The notes under the pieces are model-generated. The model did not search any database. It was not told the origin of the DNA and saw only the letters and a list, made by a program, of their open reading frames with translations. From Laetmonice hystrix (lineage: Eukaryota), in NCBI GenBank assembly GCA_965235115.1, contig OZ249441.1, forward strand, positions 15,066,001 to 15,130,000: a DNA stretch of 64,000 nt, in the 5' to 3' direction. Shown here one piece after another: positions 11,701 to 26,700 of the stretch. Numbering within the stretch: position 1 is the stretch's first letter; each line of letters opens with the position of its first letter. Made by a program: the position numbers and the translations under genes.

Positions 11701-14700
11701 AATGTTTCTTCAGCAGATGATGCAAAAAAGGGTTGTTTATATCAAACAGGTAAAAAAGATTCCCAAGAAAAATCGATTCTGGCTGATAGACTTCCATGGC
11801 CAAACGGTCGCAGGGGTCACTTCCAATGAGACCGGGTATGATTGCGTTAATTAAGGTAGTTTACTGCTATCTTAACTCGTGAGGTTTCCTATGTCAGCAA
11901 TCAGCCTGAGATATCTTACTTCTGGCCTGCAGCTGTGAGGGTTCACCCTCCTGACAATCTAAACAGTTAACAAATAATACTTGTGTTAATCAGACTAACA
12001 GCAGAACAGTGTGTGTAAAGTCGACCCAGCCATGCAGCTGGGAACTACGCCAGACTTTGTTTGTAAATATATAGTTTGAGAGATAATAAATTCAACCGTG
12101 CTCTTTATTCACTGGCAGTCGATTGAGACAAGGTTGTACAGCCTGCTTCAGGCTTTCCTCCCCGTTCCCAACCCTACCCCCTTCCTCGTCTCTATTGGTA
12201 TCTGTCAATTAACAGAGCTATTAATTAGTATTATCTTATACTGGGTGATTCCAGAGAAACCATTCCACGGTGCATTTGGTATTTTGAAAACATCGAAGGC
12301 CTAGCCGTGCCCTTTCCAAGCTTCGTGTCATCCAACCCTTATAGGATAAACATGACATAACTTATCTGGCCCTGTCATTCACACATGATGGGATGAACAT
12401 GACATAACCTATCTGGCCCTGTCATTCACACATGATGGGATGAACATGACATAACTTATCTGGCCCTGTCATACACACATTATTGGATGAACATGACATA
12501 ACCTATCTGGCCCTGTCATACACACATTATGGGATGAACATGACATAACCTATCTGGCCCTGTCATACACACATTATGGGATGAACATGACATAACCTAT
12601 CTGGCCCTGTCATACACACATTATGGGATGAACATGACATAACTTATCTGGCCCTGTCATACACACATTATGGGATGAACATGACATAACCTATCTGGCC
12701 CTGTCATACACACATTATGGGATGAACATGACATAACCTATCTGGCCCTGTCATACACACAGTATGGGATGAACATGACATAACTTATCTGGCCCTGTCA
12801 TACACACAGTATGGGATGAACATGACATAACCTATCTGGCCCTGTCATACACACAGTATGGGATGAACATGACATAACTTATCTGGCCCTGTCATACACA
12901 CAGTATGGGATGAACATGACATAACTTATCTGGCCCTGTCATACACACAGTATGGGATGAACATGACATAACTTATCTGGCCCTGTCATACACACATTAT
13001 GGGATGAACATGACATAACTTATCTGGCCCTGTCATACACACAGTATGAGATGAACATGACATAACCTATCTGGCCCTGTCATACACACATTATGGGATC
13101 TGACAGCGGCCTAGATTAAAGACACCAACTACCAAATGTTTTGGTTGCAGACTTGTCCAGAAACATTGAAGCAACCTCATATCTGTCCACAAAGTTATAT
13201 TACGTTTTCTGTTATAACTTCAAGAGAGACATTCTAAAGAATAGCATTTCATATTCGTATGTAATGCGTTTTCATTCTTTTACAATGTTGAGTGCAACGC
13301 GCAAAACGTAAATGCTGAAAAAGCGTGGCAGAATTTCCCGTTGACAATCCTGTGATATATGGTTCATGCACGGATGGAGAACTGATATATATGTATATAT
13401 ATATCATACCACGCCCTTGAACATTACACATGACCTTGTGAGATCTATTCCAGTTCCCATCCACCTATATTTATGTCGTTTATGATACTGCCAGGAAATC
13501 TGTTCTGACTCACTGCTCCTGATGTGTAAACTTCACACCACCAAACTAGTCATTGTAAACAAAACCTTACATTTACATTAACGATAGGCAAGTTCGCCTT
13601 TTTTTTCATCATCAAAATAAAACCAGGTTGTAATGAATTGTGACGACAGAGGCAGGCGGTTGTGAACAAACTGTCTAACCTGTTGCCACGGGTGTAGTGT
13701 TTACCGTTTAGTTTTTGCCAACGACCATGTGCCTCATTATTTAAAGAATGTCGAGTTGAGTGTTCAGGCCGTCATTTGGCTGAGGACCGAATGGCAGGGC
13801 CACATTTTTTCCCACTGCCCTGAAGCCTGTCTAACCTGTCGGTCGTAAGGCACTGGCGGCATGGGTGGCTTCCTTTAACCCGTCCGGCACGAGGGCCGGT
13901 GGTGGCCTTGAACCCCTGTGACCCCGGCGGGTGGGTGGCCCGTGCCAGCCCACGTGTTGGTGGGACGGGCAGGTGTTAGATGTGAGGGACCGTGACGTTC
14001 TTAGTGACGCCGGGAACAGGTGAGCAGGGAACGGTCCATCATCGTTTGGTACGGCCTGGCAGGCTTTGGGAGGAGAGGGAGGAGGGGGAGGGAGGAGGGG
14101 GAGAGGGGGAGGGAGGAGGGGCTCCCACCCCCGCCGTCTCTTTACTTTACAGTCTGTGCTCCCCAACATGTACAGGCGCGTGGCCAAGAGGCGGGGCGAT
14201 GATCGGCCTGTACTGAGAAATCCGGGAAGAGATAGTTTACCATCCTTGAGATGAGGACATGGAGGATGGCAGCGCCTAGGGTTGTTGGGTGCATCATCTA
14301 CTCGAACCATATATATACAGCTGCAGGGAAAGCCTTCAGATGCCGGGTGTTTTGGGAGGAGTGGCTCCTATGATATATCAGGGCCACGCACACAGCCTAG
14401 GTCACCATAGTACTCACCAAAATAACTGTACAGTACGCAAGCAAAGGGCCAGCGGCTTGCCACATGCTCGGCGCACATTGCCGCCGCAGCAGCAGCAGCC
14501 GGTACCCCCACCCCCACCGCATCTCACCCCCACCCGCTCTCACGGGGCAACCCGACGGACGGGACGGTCACGGGGTTCCCTGCCCCCGCCCCCCTGTCGG
14601 TGGCAGGGACTCAACACCCCGTACGGCCCTAATCAATCACTGCACCTCGGAACACTAGAGTTTGAAACCACTTCTATCCACCAGATGCTCATGAGGTCTC

Positions 14701-17700
14701 CCTCTACCTCCCGTGGTTGCGTGACATCTTACATGCAATGCACCACTGAGAAATCCGGATGACCCGAAGTCAGTTAGTACGTAAGGTTAGCATGGTGCAT
14801 GAGTGGAAAGATTGAGGCGTTCTGGTACCATGGCATACCGAGGAGGGTTGGCTGTTATCGGGAGGTCATTATCATAGATACAGCAATCTGATCCATGTCA
14901 GCACGGTCGTGCTTTGTCTCCCCGTGTCGTGTATTTCTGGTTACCGTGAGGCCTGTAGAATTCAAACTATTTAATGATTGGGATAAGACAAGTTTACGAG
15001 AAGTCAGAGTCCCGCTTGTCCAGAAAGGTGTCAGGTCAGCCACAATAGAAACGGGCGAAATCGCAGCTTTGTTCACCAATATTTGACTGCGAAATTTTGT
15101 TAAGGCTCACTTAAGTTGAAAACATCAGGAGGAGGCAAATGCCCGTACTATTTATTTATCTCCGACTAAACTCCAGTTTTCATTTCCTGGTAGATTAACA
15201 TTATGGTGTACATGAACGTTCAGATTCTTTCCGGTTCTCTTGATGGACAAGCAAGTGTAAGTTTTAAGTATTTGGGACAGTTTTGGAGCACAGATATTCT
15301 GCATGGACTGGCATAATAAAACTTTAACGGTGCCACCTTACAAACGAAGGTCGACAGAAAGTGAATTCAGTAGCTGCGGTTGAAATATTTTGTGGCATTT
15401 TGTATTGTGGCTCCGTATTTGCTAACCAGGGTAGTATGCTCGGGACATATGGAGCTTCATAAGTGAGGACTCATGAAATAATTGCGTCTCTCTCCGTACT
15501 TCTGCCTTTTTGTCCTTCTCTGTGTGTTTTTTATTTATCTGTAGGCTGGTGGTGTAACTGATGGACAGCTGCAGATCATAAAGCAACTTGACATTTTCCT
15601 ATGCTGTCTATAGGAGGTAAAAAGGGCGGATGTAGAGAGGACATTAGTTAAACAAACGCTAAGGTAGTGTACCAGTATGCCTGGCTATCCCATGTTCCAG
15701 GGCATGGCCAGGGCACCTGCTGCAGCCGGCCCATTGCAACATGGCAGTAATGGATGACATGCAAAAAGTATGGTGCACATGTCATATGAAACAAAATCTC
15801 GCATAAATTTCATGCAGAAAAAAAACGCAGCAGAAAGATTAATGAAAGGTTCCAACAAAATCGAGGGTACTGAAGAAGATTTTCCTCTGTTTTGCTGTGG
15901 GTATGTTTGTTAGTGGGGAATTGAAGTTGATGGGAAAAAATGGCTTGTTTCTATGATATCGAATGCAATGACAATGTACCATGTTTAACAACATTTGTAA
16001 TCGACATGTTGAAATAAGATATTTTCAGCGAAACTTTCGCTATGTGTGGCAAGATAGATACCATTTTGATATTTGTGCAATAAAAGTCCGATCGAATCTA
16101 ATAATTTTGATGCCTCGTTGGAATGGAAGTTTTACGATTTGAACAGCTGTATCGGGTGACATCTTGAACCAGGTGTTTGTGTGCTTGGATGATTTTGTCA
16201 GATAACTCGGGGGTGGGGTAATAAAAAAAACCCGCATGGGGCGTCGAGCAGTGGGTGGGGGTGGGGACCAGGACCAGGGAGGAGGTAAAACATAAAGTTT
16301 CTGAGCGACGTCCCTGGGATTTGGTGCAGTATGTTACCCTCCTGGTCTCCAGGCATTGGGCCCCAACCTTGACATGTTGACTGTTTACCATAGCAACCCC
16401 TCATTCTCGTCCCCAACCCTCTCACTGGTAGAGGGGGGCTCCAGGTATAGACCCTAACAACAACAACTACTACACACAACCAGTCCTCCACCACTGAGGA
16501 CGGATTCCCCGTATAACAGTGGCGTGGTATAGGAAGCCCGTCCAGGCACCTCCAGCCCTCAACCAATCGGCAGATCGGACACGACCTGCCTCTCTGTCTG
16601 CCGCACACCTGTCCGCCGTGGAGGAAATAGTTGGGTCGGAAGGAGGGGGTTGGTTGAAGGGGGTGAATCTCAGAGGGGGTTTTTCTCATGCTCATCCGGT
16701 TGAGCTCAGGTGATCATACTGGGTTCACACAGAGGGAGGGTAGCAGAGGTCTGTACCGACAGGCTCCCAAACAGCAGGTGGAGCACCACGGGCTACCACA
16801 GAGCCACAGGTCCGGGTGTGTATGGGAACAGTTGGCGGTGCTCATAGCCTCAACGGCTGCATCAATCACTCACAGACATATCATCATCAATTTCACTGAA
16901 ACATGGAAGGAATTTGTAAACAGTGCCCATTTCAAGGTTTATGATTGGAGTCAGATTTTTTTAATTTTAAAAACTGAATTTCTTTTAAATGGCACCGGTA
17001 ATTCGGTCTATTCGTAATACAGAATTCTCCCAATAGATGGGGGCGACTTTTTTTATTACAAAAAAAAAGAAGAAAAACCAGAGGAAGAAGATCTGCCTGG
17101 AAACGCTGTGCGCCTGTTCAGTTGATAAGGTCATGATAGCCTTCGGTCCCCAAGTGTTATGGGGGTAACTGAGTGTTAATGTTACGGTGAGACATTCCTC
17201 AATATTGGCCATGACACGGGTCAGTTCTAGGGGCCGCTCCTACACTACATTGAAATGTCAATCAGGCGGCTTGCTGGAAGGTCCTAGAGTTAGTTGCCTT
17301 GACGGCTGAAACCAAAAGAGATCAGGTTTACCCTGGCTAAATGGCATGGAAAACATTAGTTTCCCCTCTAGTTCTTTCGCTGTGTACCTGCGCCATGACT
17401 GATGCTCTAAGTTCCCCCTCTATAGTTCTTTTGCTGTGTACCTGCGCCATGACTGAGGCTCTAAGTTTCCCCTCTATAGTTCTTTCGCTGTGTACCTGCG
17501 CCAGGACTGAGGCTCTAAGTTTCCCCTCTATAGTTCTTTCGCTGTGTACCTGCGCCATGACTGAGGCTCTAAGTTTCCCCTCTATAGTTCTTTCGCTGTG
17601 TACCTGCGCCAGGACTGAGGCTCTAAGTTTCCCCTCTATAGTTCTTTCGCTGTGTACCTGCGCCATGACTGAGGCTCTAGACCTCTGAGTCTGCCCGAAG

Positions 17701-20700
17701 TGGCATCAGTTTACCTGCGCCATGACTGAGGCTCTAGACCTCTGAGTCTGCCCGAAGTGGCATCAGTTTACCTGCGCCATGACTGAGGCTCTAAGTTTCC
17801 CCTCTACAGTTCTTTCGCTGTGTACCTGCGCCATGACCGAGGCTCTAAGTTTCCCCTCTATAGTTCTTTCGCTGTGTACCTGCGCCATGACTGAGGCTCT
17901 AAGTTTCCCCTCTATAGTTCTTTCGCTGTGTACCTGCGCCATGACTGAGGCTCTAAGTTTCCCCTCTATAGTTCTTTCGCTGTGTACCTGCGCCATGACT
18001 GAGGCTCTAGACCTCTGAGTCTGCCCGAAGTGGCATCAGTTTACCTGCGCCATGACTGAGGCTCTAGACCTCTGAGTCTGCCCGAAGTGGCATCAGTGTA
18101 CCTGCGCCATGACTGAGGCTCTAGACCTCTGGGTCTGCCCGAAGTGATATCAGTGTACCTGCGCCATGACTGAGGCTCTAGACCTCTGAGTCTGCCCGAT
18201 GTGGCATCAGTGTACCTGCGCCATGACTGAGGCTCTAGACCTCTGAGTCTGCCCGATGTGGCATCAGTGTACCTGCGCCATGACTGAGGCTCTAGACCTC
18301 TGAGTCTGCCCGAAGTGGCATCAGTGTACCTGCGCCACGACTGAGGCTCTAGACCTCTGACTCTGAGTCTGCCCGATGTGGCATCAGTGTACCTGCGCCA
18401 TGACTGGGGCTCTAGACCTCTGAGTCTGCCCGAAGTGGCATCAGTGTACCTGCGCCATGACTGAGGCTCTAGACCTCTGAGTCTGCCCGAAGTGGCATCA
18501 GTGTACCTGCGCCATGACTGAGGCTCTAGACCTCTGGCTCTGAGTCTGCCCGATGTGGCATCAGTGTACCTGCGCCATGACTGGGGCTCTAGACCTCTGA
18601 GTCTGCCCGAAGTGGCATCAGTGTACCTGCGCCATGACTGAGGCTCTAGACCTCTGAGTCTGCCCGAAATGGCATCAGTGTACCTGCGCCATGACTGAGG
18701 CTCTAGACCTCTGAGTCTGCCCGAAGTGGCATCAGTGACAAGGAGCGAAAGGTCATCCGACCGCAGTACTTGTACTTGAATGGTACACAAGAAAAGCCTG
18801 TATCACCTCTGGTATCATGTGTGCAACATTGTGTGTATTATAGCCAGGTGTCAAGTGGGGTTGGGGCAAGTCTCTCTGCGACACCCCAGCCCAGAGTGGG
18901 GGTGTGGTGTAAAGGATCCTACATACTCTTCGTGGTGAGCAAGCCAGACAGCAGCCTTATCGTGAGGGTGAGGGTAATATGGCCCACCCCTAACGCACCC
19001 CAGCTAGGACTTGGGGCCGCTTTGTATCCACAACCCTTGCTGTCTCCAAACATTAGCTCTAGTCGGTTTGGTATAGACTGCTACTGGACACTGCTGCTTG
19101 GGGAAACTTTGCCGGGAAATAGGAGGGGGAATCATACTGGGTGGACAGTATAATAAATAATGTACGAGTGTCAAATCTTTAATATTAATAGTATACTGAA
19201 CTGATTCAGTGACAATTAAAGAACCGGTGCAAACTTTGGATGCCATTCGAATTGGCGGGAAAAGTGCGCAGATATTATGTTGTCAGTAAGTGCAAAACTA
19301 CCATTAATACGTGTGTTTATGTTGGTAATGTGATAGATAGAGTATCTAGGAAAATAAATAGTACATGAATAGATATGGCACCAAGACTAGGTCTGAGCAA
19401 AACATTATGTAAACAAACCATTTCCAGTATTTATTACCCCAACTTGGTGGGGTGCGTCTGGGTTTTATATGCCCCCACGTCTATATACGTAAGTATGACG
19501 CACATGTACGGACATACGCACGTGATCAACAACGTTTCATGCCACAAAAACGTATTCATAACCTGGTCGATCTATAATGCTATTCTTAAATGGTAAACTG
19601 CTTTATGTCTGTTTACTTTGGAACATGTGAAATTGATATCAAATCCGACTGTCCCTGACAATAATGCGATAATACCTGGGAATGGGAAACGGATACCCCC
19701 AAACAAAGGTTTCTCAATCTAAAAAACGTGTAGTACCAAATCTCTTATGAATTTCGGAAACAAATTGTCATGGTATGTCATGTCTACTGGAGAGATTTTA
19801 AGCTGCCAGTATTGAGCATCAGAAGGCGACCATCGGTCCGATGTATACAGTACACCATCTTACCCTGGCAGCGACCGTGATAGAGCACAAAAACCAAAAC
19901 GTAAAGCAGAAGGCAGCAATGCAATTTGAGTTTGGTTAAAAATTGGTTTAAAAGTGCTGTCCTGACAGATTGATTAAATCCAAGACTATTTCCAGAGGCG
20001 CCTGGGTTCTCGCCAGTGTACCTGCGATGGTTGTCAGCAGGGGGCGCCCTGCGCCGAGTGTGACTCGCGTGGAGGGCCATGTAGCGGGTCACCAAAGTTT
20101 TGATTGACACACTTTAGGGGGCAGCGATGATTCACTGAACAGTTCACGGCAGCCGTGATGGTATAAATGAACGTAGAATCGATATGACCCGTGGTTTTAA
20201 CGTTACAGGAGGTGTCAACTCACAGTCAGCGGAATATGAGGAGTAATTTAAGGTTCTGACGGTTAACGTGAAAAGAATTACATTTCCCCGTATTTACTGG
20301 TATAACTGAAAAAAAGGAACACATCATTTATGTAACTTTCGACATTTTGACAGAAAAGGTGTAATGTGATTATTAAACCGGGTGACCCTGCGGGTTGAGG
20401 GTGTAATTCAGAATGAATATGTCAGGGGGTAATTCAGAATGAATATGTCAGGGGGTGCAGTCCCTCTGATGGTGTAATTCAGAATGAATATGTCAGGGGG
20501 TGCAGTCCCTCTGATGGTGTAATTCAGAATGAATATGTCAGAGGGTGCAGTCCCTCTGATGGTGTAATTCAGAATGAATATGTCAGGGGGTGCAGTCCCT
20601 CTGATGGTGTAATTCAGAATGAATATGTCAGGGGGTGCAGTCCCTCTGATGGTGTAATTCAGAATGAATATGTCAGGGGGTGCAGTCCCTCTGATGGTGT

Positions 20701-23700
20701 AATTCAGAATGAATATGTCAGGGGGTGCAGTCCCTCTGATGGTGTAATTCAGAATGAATATGTCAGGGGTGCAGTCCCTCTGATGGTGTAATTCAGAATG
20801 AATATGTCAGGGGGTGCAGTCCCTCTGATGGTGTAATTCAGAATGAATATGTCAGGGGGTGCAGTCCCTCTGATGGTGTAATTCAGAATGAATATGTCAG
20901 GGGTGCAGTCCCTCTGATTCAGAATGAATATGTCAGGGGGTGCAGTCCCTCTGATGGTGTAATTCAGAATGAATATGTCAGGGGTGCAGTCCCTCTGATT
21001 CAGAATGAATATGTCAGGGGGTGCAGTCCCTCTGATGGTGTAATTCAGAATGAATATGTCAGGGGTGCAGTCCCTCTGATGGTGTAATTCAGAATGAATA
21101 TGTCAGGGGTGCAGTCCCTCTGATGGTGTAATTCAGAATGAATATGTCAGAGGGTGCAGTCCCTCTGATGGTGTAATTCATAATGAATATGTCAGGGGGT
21201 GCAGTCCCTCTGATGGTGTAATTCAGAATGAATATGTCAGAGGGTGCAGTCCCTCTGATGGTGTAATTCAGAATGAATATGTCAGGGGGTGCAGTCCATA
21301 TGATAAAGAACGGTGGAAAATTAATTACGGTGAAAAAGAAAAGAATGAATTTATTCATTTATTAAAAACACCGTAAAATGTTGAGAAACGTTTTGAGAAG
21401 TCTTTGGGTGGTGGAAATAATAACTGGGCCTGCATGGGGTCGTCCTTGCCATGGTCTAGGTTGGGGGTTCAGTTTAACTTACATACATAGACTTGGCACC
21501 AGTTTTTAACCATGCACTTTCTAAGTCGCCCAGAATCCTTTCACCAACAAGGCGGGGGTGGGGTGGGGTTGCATTTAGGAGAAGAAAGTTTCTTAGCAGG
21601 AGTAATCATGTTACTTCTTTCACTTTCCGGAGTGTTGAATTATTATTATATCATTATATGCCTATCTTCCAACCATTGGCATTGCCAACCTCAGAACATT
21701 ATTGTCTGCCAGTCAGGTGAACGATATCATTCAGCAATTTCCATTATAGAATAAAGACGGTGCTTAATTTCCGGTAACCACATTTCACGTCAATAGTGAC
21801 CCCCCCCCTTAATGGCCCTGTCACACCTTGCCGGATAGCATAAACGGATCATCTCCGTTTGCATGAGTTTCTTGTCCGTTTCTCGTTCGCCAAATGCGTT
21901 CCTTGTTAGGCGAGGTCCGTTCAATCCGGAGAAACGCCTGAGGGCCTCGAGTAGCAACGGAGACGACTTTCACCACCGGATGGTTAATTTTGACAAAGTT
22001 TTTGGTGTGACAGGGCCATAAAGTGCGAGATATGTAGACAGTTCGGAGACAGTGGGGTTCCTTTTTTTACCCTGCTGCCGATAAAAGCCCTGATTTCATA
22101 CATTTAGGACATAATTCTTTGGGTTGGCTGAGAAATTATAAAAATATAAAAAGATATATAAGGCAGGAGCATGCACTTCTCGCGATTGAAAGATCGGTCT
22201 TAAAGGACCTCCGAGAGGAGAAAGTTAAGTAAATGAATCTTAAACTATTTCAACCGTCGACGGGTTAAGAAGCGAACAAGGCCCGTGTTGTCCAGGGTAG
22301 ATTTAAGTACCCCCCACCCCCACCCCGAATGTACCCAGTGCACCGTAAACCCCCACCCCGAATGTACCGAGTGCACCGTAAAGTTCAGGTGAGTTCTCCA
22401 GTAAACCGATTCGTCCCACAGCGATAGCCTGATAGCTGCCGCTCGTAACGCCTGCCCAGGACTACCTTTACGGCTCGCGTTATGGCCATCAGCTCCTGGT
22501 CGCAGACTCTGGAGAAGGCCAGCATTATCTTTTGATGACTAGTACTCCTAACTCTGACCTCATCCGCGCCAGTAGGATGCGCTGGTCTCTAGGTAAAGTG
22601 TATGCAGTGGTGGGGAAGTCAACATGAGGGAGGTTTAGGGGTTGGTTGGTGCGTGGTGCGTTTGGCAACCCGTATTTATGATGTCCTTGATGGAGTGTGT
22701 TGGCCAGTTGGTGGGGTACTTGGGTGGAGCATGTGGACGGGTTCTGGAGCCTGTAACCCGGCCAGGTACACGGTATGGGGGTGTGTTTGGGTGGAGGCCA
22801 CTGATGACAGCTTCATGAGATAGCCACACACATGTGGCACGGGTTGAGCAGGAATGGAGGTTTTCTGTGCTCATGGTCATCAAATTGTGAAATCGTGTAG
22901 GAATTGAATATGAAAGTATCTAAGATTTCGGTTTCTGTTTCTTGGGAAATCCATTCGGTTTACTATTAGGACATCGACACCAGAAGGAGCAAAGTTTTGT
23001 TAAATGTCAAAAGTCCATGTACATTCATACAAAAGGTATTTTCACTCTACATTATTCATTACGTGGAGTACATTATGATGACATCCGGGAAAACATTTAT
23101 CAAAAATACCAACTAGGTGTGATGACACCAAAGTGTTTAGAGTATGCCCAGTCAGTAAGTTATCTTAAATTGACTTCGAGGGACTCTGCAGACTTGTGGT
23201 CAAACAGGCTGCGGGGGTTGTAGATAGTCACAGTGGTGGTCAGTGCCCATCGCAGCTGGACGCACGGTCGCCGACATGGACAGTGGAGTCGCAAATGAAA
23301 ATCAGTAAAGTAGATATTACTGAAACCGTTCGCGAACAGCTGACTATGCCAACAATGTTTGTAGCATTCGTTCCTCCTGCTGGCATGTTCCATACTCCAC
23401 GCTGGTAATGCTATATGGAAATGCATTCCAAAAGTAAAGACTTTCGATTACCTGAATTTCAGAAACAATCTGAAAGAAATTGCCAGTGCCTTCATTGCAG
23501 GGGACTTACTCCTTGACGTTGTATGCTGTCAGTATGAGCTATGTTTTGATAACCTTTTGGGTGGTCGTAATCCTAAATGAGTTCAGGTAGCCGGGCCAAA
23601 GGCCCCAGGACCGGGCCAAGCCCTGGCCGTCCGCCCCTCCCCACCACATCCATCCCGCTACCATCAAAACACCGCCTCACAACAGCTGCTGCGCCTGGCA

Positions 23701-26700
23701 GGGTGAGGGGTCGGGGCCAGGTCAAAGACTAGGATTACTAGGGTGTCGTCTTCTGCTGTTTTGCTCAACAGGGGTGGTGTGATGGTCCTGGAAGGGCAAG
23801 ACCTCTCTGCCCTCTTCCTCCATCTACTCTCCTCTCCATATAACGGGTGCAATCAACAACTCAGAGGCTTTTTGTTCATGTTTTGTTGAGGGTTTGGAAA
23901 CGATCACCTTACTGTCCATTGTTTTAATGCTTACAATGAAAATCGCAGTCGTACGCATTCCTCCTTCAGTGAGGCCATGACCCCCTTCCCGTATCACTGC
24001 TTTCTGATTGAGTGGATGTTATTCGGCCTCGATGTTATTTTGTCCACAGAGGGTAGAGTCGAAGGCCCACCAGCCTGTCTGTCCCACGACCGTGACGACA
24101 GCTCGGCCCGGCCCATTGAACAAAGACCGTGGTCGGTGTCGTATATAAGTAGTATAGTGGGTCGGGACAGAGTATCAGGCCATCCCATGTATGGCTCCAA
24201 GTCCGTGACAGAGTCGGTCAAGATACCATCTGAGCACAGTGTCCCAGACACAATTAGTCGTCCCTGAAGCCAGTTCGTAAGCGGGAACGTTTGCAGCAGA
24301 ATTATGTGAGAGTTTTTAAAACGATAGCACCACATTATCATTTGGATGCGTTTCGGGATCTAAAGATTGTGTGCTGGCAGATGGCGAACATATTATTACA
24401 GTGGTTCTCTGTAATAGTATGAGCGTCCTGACACTGAGCCCATGACGATAGGGAGCTGTGAACTGGTGGTCTGCAGGCCAGCCAAAGGGAGCTGTGAACT
24501 GGTGGTCTGCAGGCCAGCCAAAGGGAGCTATGAACTGGTGGTCTGCAGGCCAGCCAAAGGGAGCTGTGAACTGGTGGTCTGCAGGCCAGCCAATGGCCAG
24601 GGAGCTCCCGAGTCCGGACGGGTTGGGTGCTGTGAGCAGACAGATAGCAGCGGACTGGACCAAAGATTGCAGATTGCTAGCAGATGGACCACACAACCGC
24701 TATAGGGGCCACTCCTACCACCCACCACTCACACAGACATTCACACATACGGACACTCACACACGCCTGCCGATAGGTGGCCCCACTGTGACCTTGTAAT
24801 CACAACCACAGGAGATGCGACGAGTAAAACCGGAAAACATCGGGAATAGAGTTAGATAGGTAGTTGAGGCTTTTAATGCTGGTCAAGATGTTTTGTCAAG
24901 GCCATACGTGAAACGATGAGTCCATGATCTTGCAATTTTTTTTTTTTGCCAGAGATTTCAACCATTATTTTCAACTTCCTTAACGTGACAACGGCTTGTT
25001 TCTTTCCAAATAGCGCTTTTTAAATATGAAAATATTCCGAGCTGAAAGATGTAGATATTTCTAATGCCCACAGATGACAAGACATCATTGTCTTGGACTC
25101 GGGAGTTCCATATAAAGCCGCCGTACATGCACAACTGAACTCCTATAAACATTGCGGTGAAATGGTTGATCCGCATGTGATATTTATATATGATCTCGGC
25201 TATGACGAGGAAATACTATATCCGCCCAATGCAATCTCACATGTGCTCCTCAAGTATCCCTAGTACATCTCAGGTGTTAAATTAAACATTTTTCAAAACG
25301 CAGGACTATCAAATGATTTCCACGTAGCCATAGAATGTGGCGGTTTTCTTTGCTGACCTCCATTATGCAACGGTCAGGCCGACACTGAAGGGTGTACACT
25401 AGGCAAGTGATCAACTCAGAAAAACTCCAGCGGCCTGAAGATGAGACCGATGGCATTTAGTTGATGCTGAAATCAGATAGGGAACCTTTACCAGGCGCGC
25501 ACCATGTCTATACAGTGGGGTGATGATGAGAGGTGTGATAATTATTGTTTGGGTCATTCAGAGCAGCTGGAGGGGTGAGGAGGAATTTTATCCTGAAAAT
25601 TTCTGCAACGGCAGCAGTAGTTTGACTCGGCCAGCCCGCCCTGTGACTAACTCCCCAAGGTGGGGGGAGTCTGGGCTAGCAGCATCCACTATGTCTGCTG
25701 CTGCTGCTGCTGACAGGAGTACAAATGATCGCTTCCAGGGTCGCCACCAGGTGGAGTAATCATGGGCTGATGCGGTGATGGGTCCGGTGTGAGGGTGTGG
25801 GGCGGATTGAGGAAGGGGGGGGGGGGTTATTCATAGAGTGCCAGTGCACAATGTTCGCGAGGGACAACCCTCCCTGTGGTGGGTGCAGGTAGGTGAGGTG
25901 GGGGTATAGGACAGGGTTCGATGTGTGTGTGTGTGTGGAGGGGGCGGGGTAGGAGTTGGGGGTTGGACGAGGCGAGGGTAGTACCCCGGGGTGGGTTCAG
26001 CCAACAGGTGGTAAGATGGGGGGGATGTGAACTTTACCAGGCTGGAGGCAGCTAACCCACAAAATGGCATCAAGCACAAATTCATGTCTGCAGTCTGACG
26101 CCGCTACAGCATTGTATATGCCTACTTGCACCTCGAGATGCGTAGGTCCCAGCAAACTTGTATTTCCACCACAATGTGGTAACCATTGGATAGAGCTTGT
26201 ATTTTCTTTTCTCCAATGACCAGATATCAGGTCTATTTTCAAGCAGTGATTTGTTTTACATCGTTTTTATTGGTTTTTTTAAGCCACTCCCCTAGGTGCA
26301 CAGATTATACCTGTCTCAGCGACACGGTGAGACTTTGACACGTTGCTATCGTTAGTCTCAGCGACACGGTGAGACTTTGACACGTTGCTATCGTTAGTCT
26401 CAGCGACACGGTGAGACTTTGACACGTTGCTATCGTTAGTCTCAGCGACACGGTGAGACTTTGACACGTTGCTATCGTTAGTCTCAGCGACACGGTGAGA
26501 CTTTGACACGTTGCTATCGTTAGTCTCAGCGACACGGTGAGACTTTGACACGTTGCTATCGTTAGTCTCAGCGACACGGTGAGACTTTGACACGTTGCCA
26601 TCATTAACACACAGTCGTATCATACACATGTCCAGGGTTTAGCCAGAACGATATTAATAAGACGTGTGTTGACAGGTTTATGGAAACGAGCCTTTGAGGC

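Noticed and set aside
17337-18790. Repeat-peptide ORFs (AQVHSERTIEGKLRASVM, RGLEPQSWRRYTDATSGRL)
   Set aside because: Open because unit lengths are multiples of 3; open on both strands with no recognisable domain
26279-26629. 14-aa repeat ORF (NDSNVSKSHRVAET)
   Set aside because: 42-bp tandem repeat; donor-like sites occur on both strands so coding status cannot be decided
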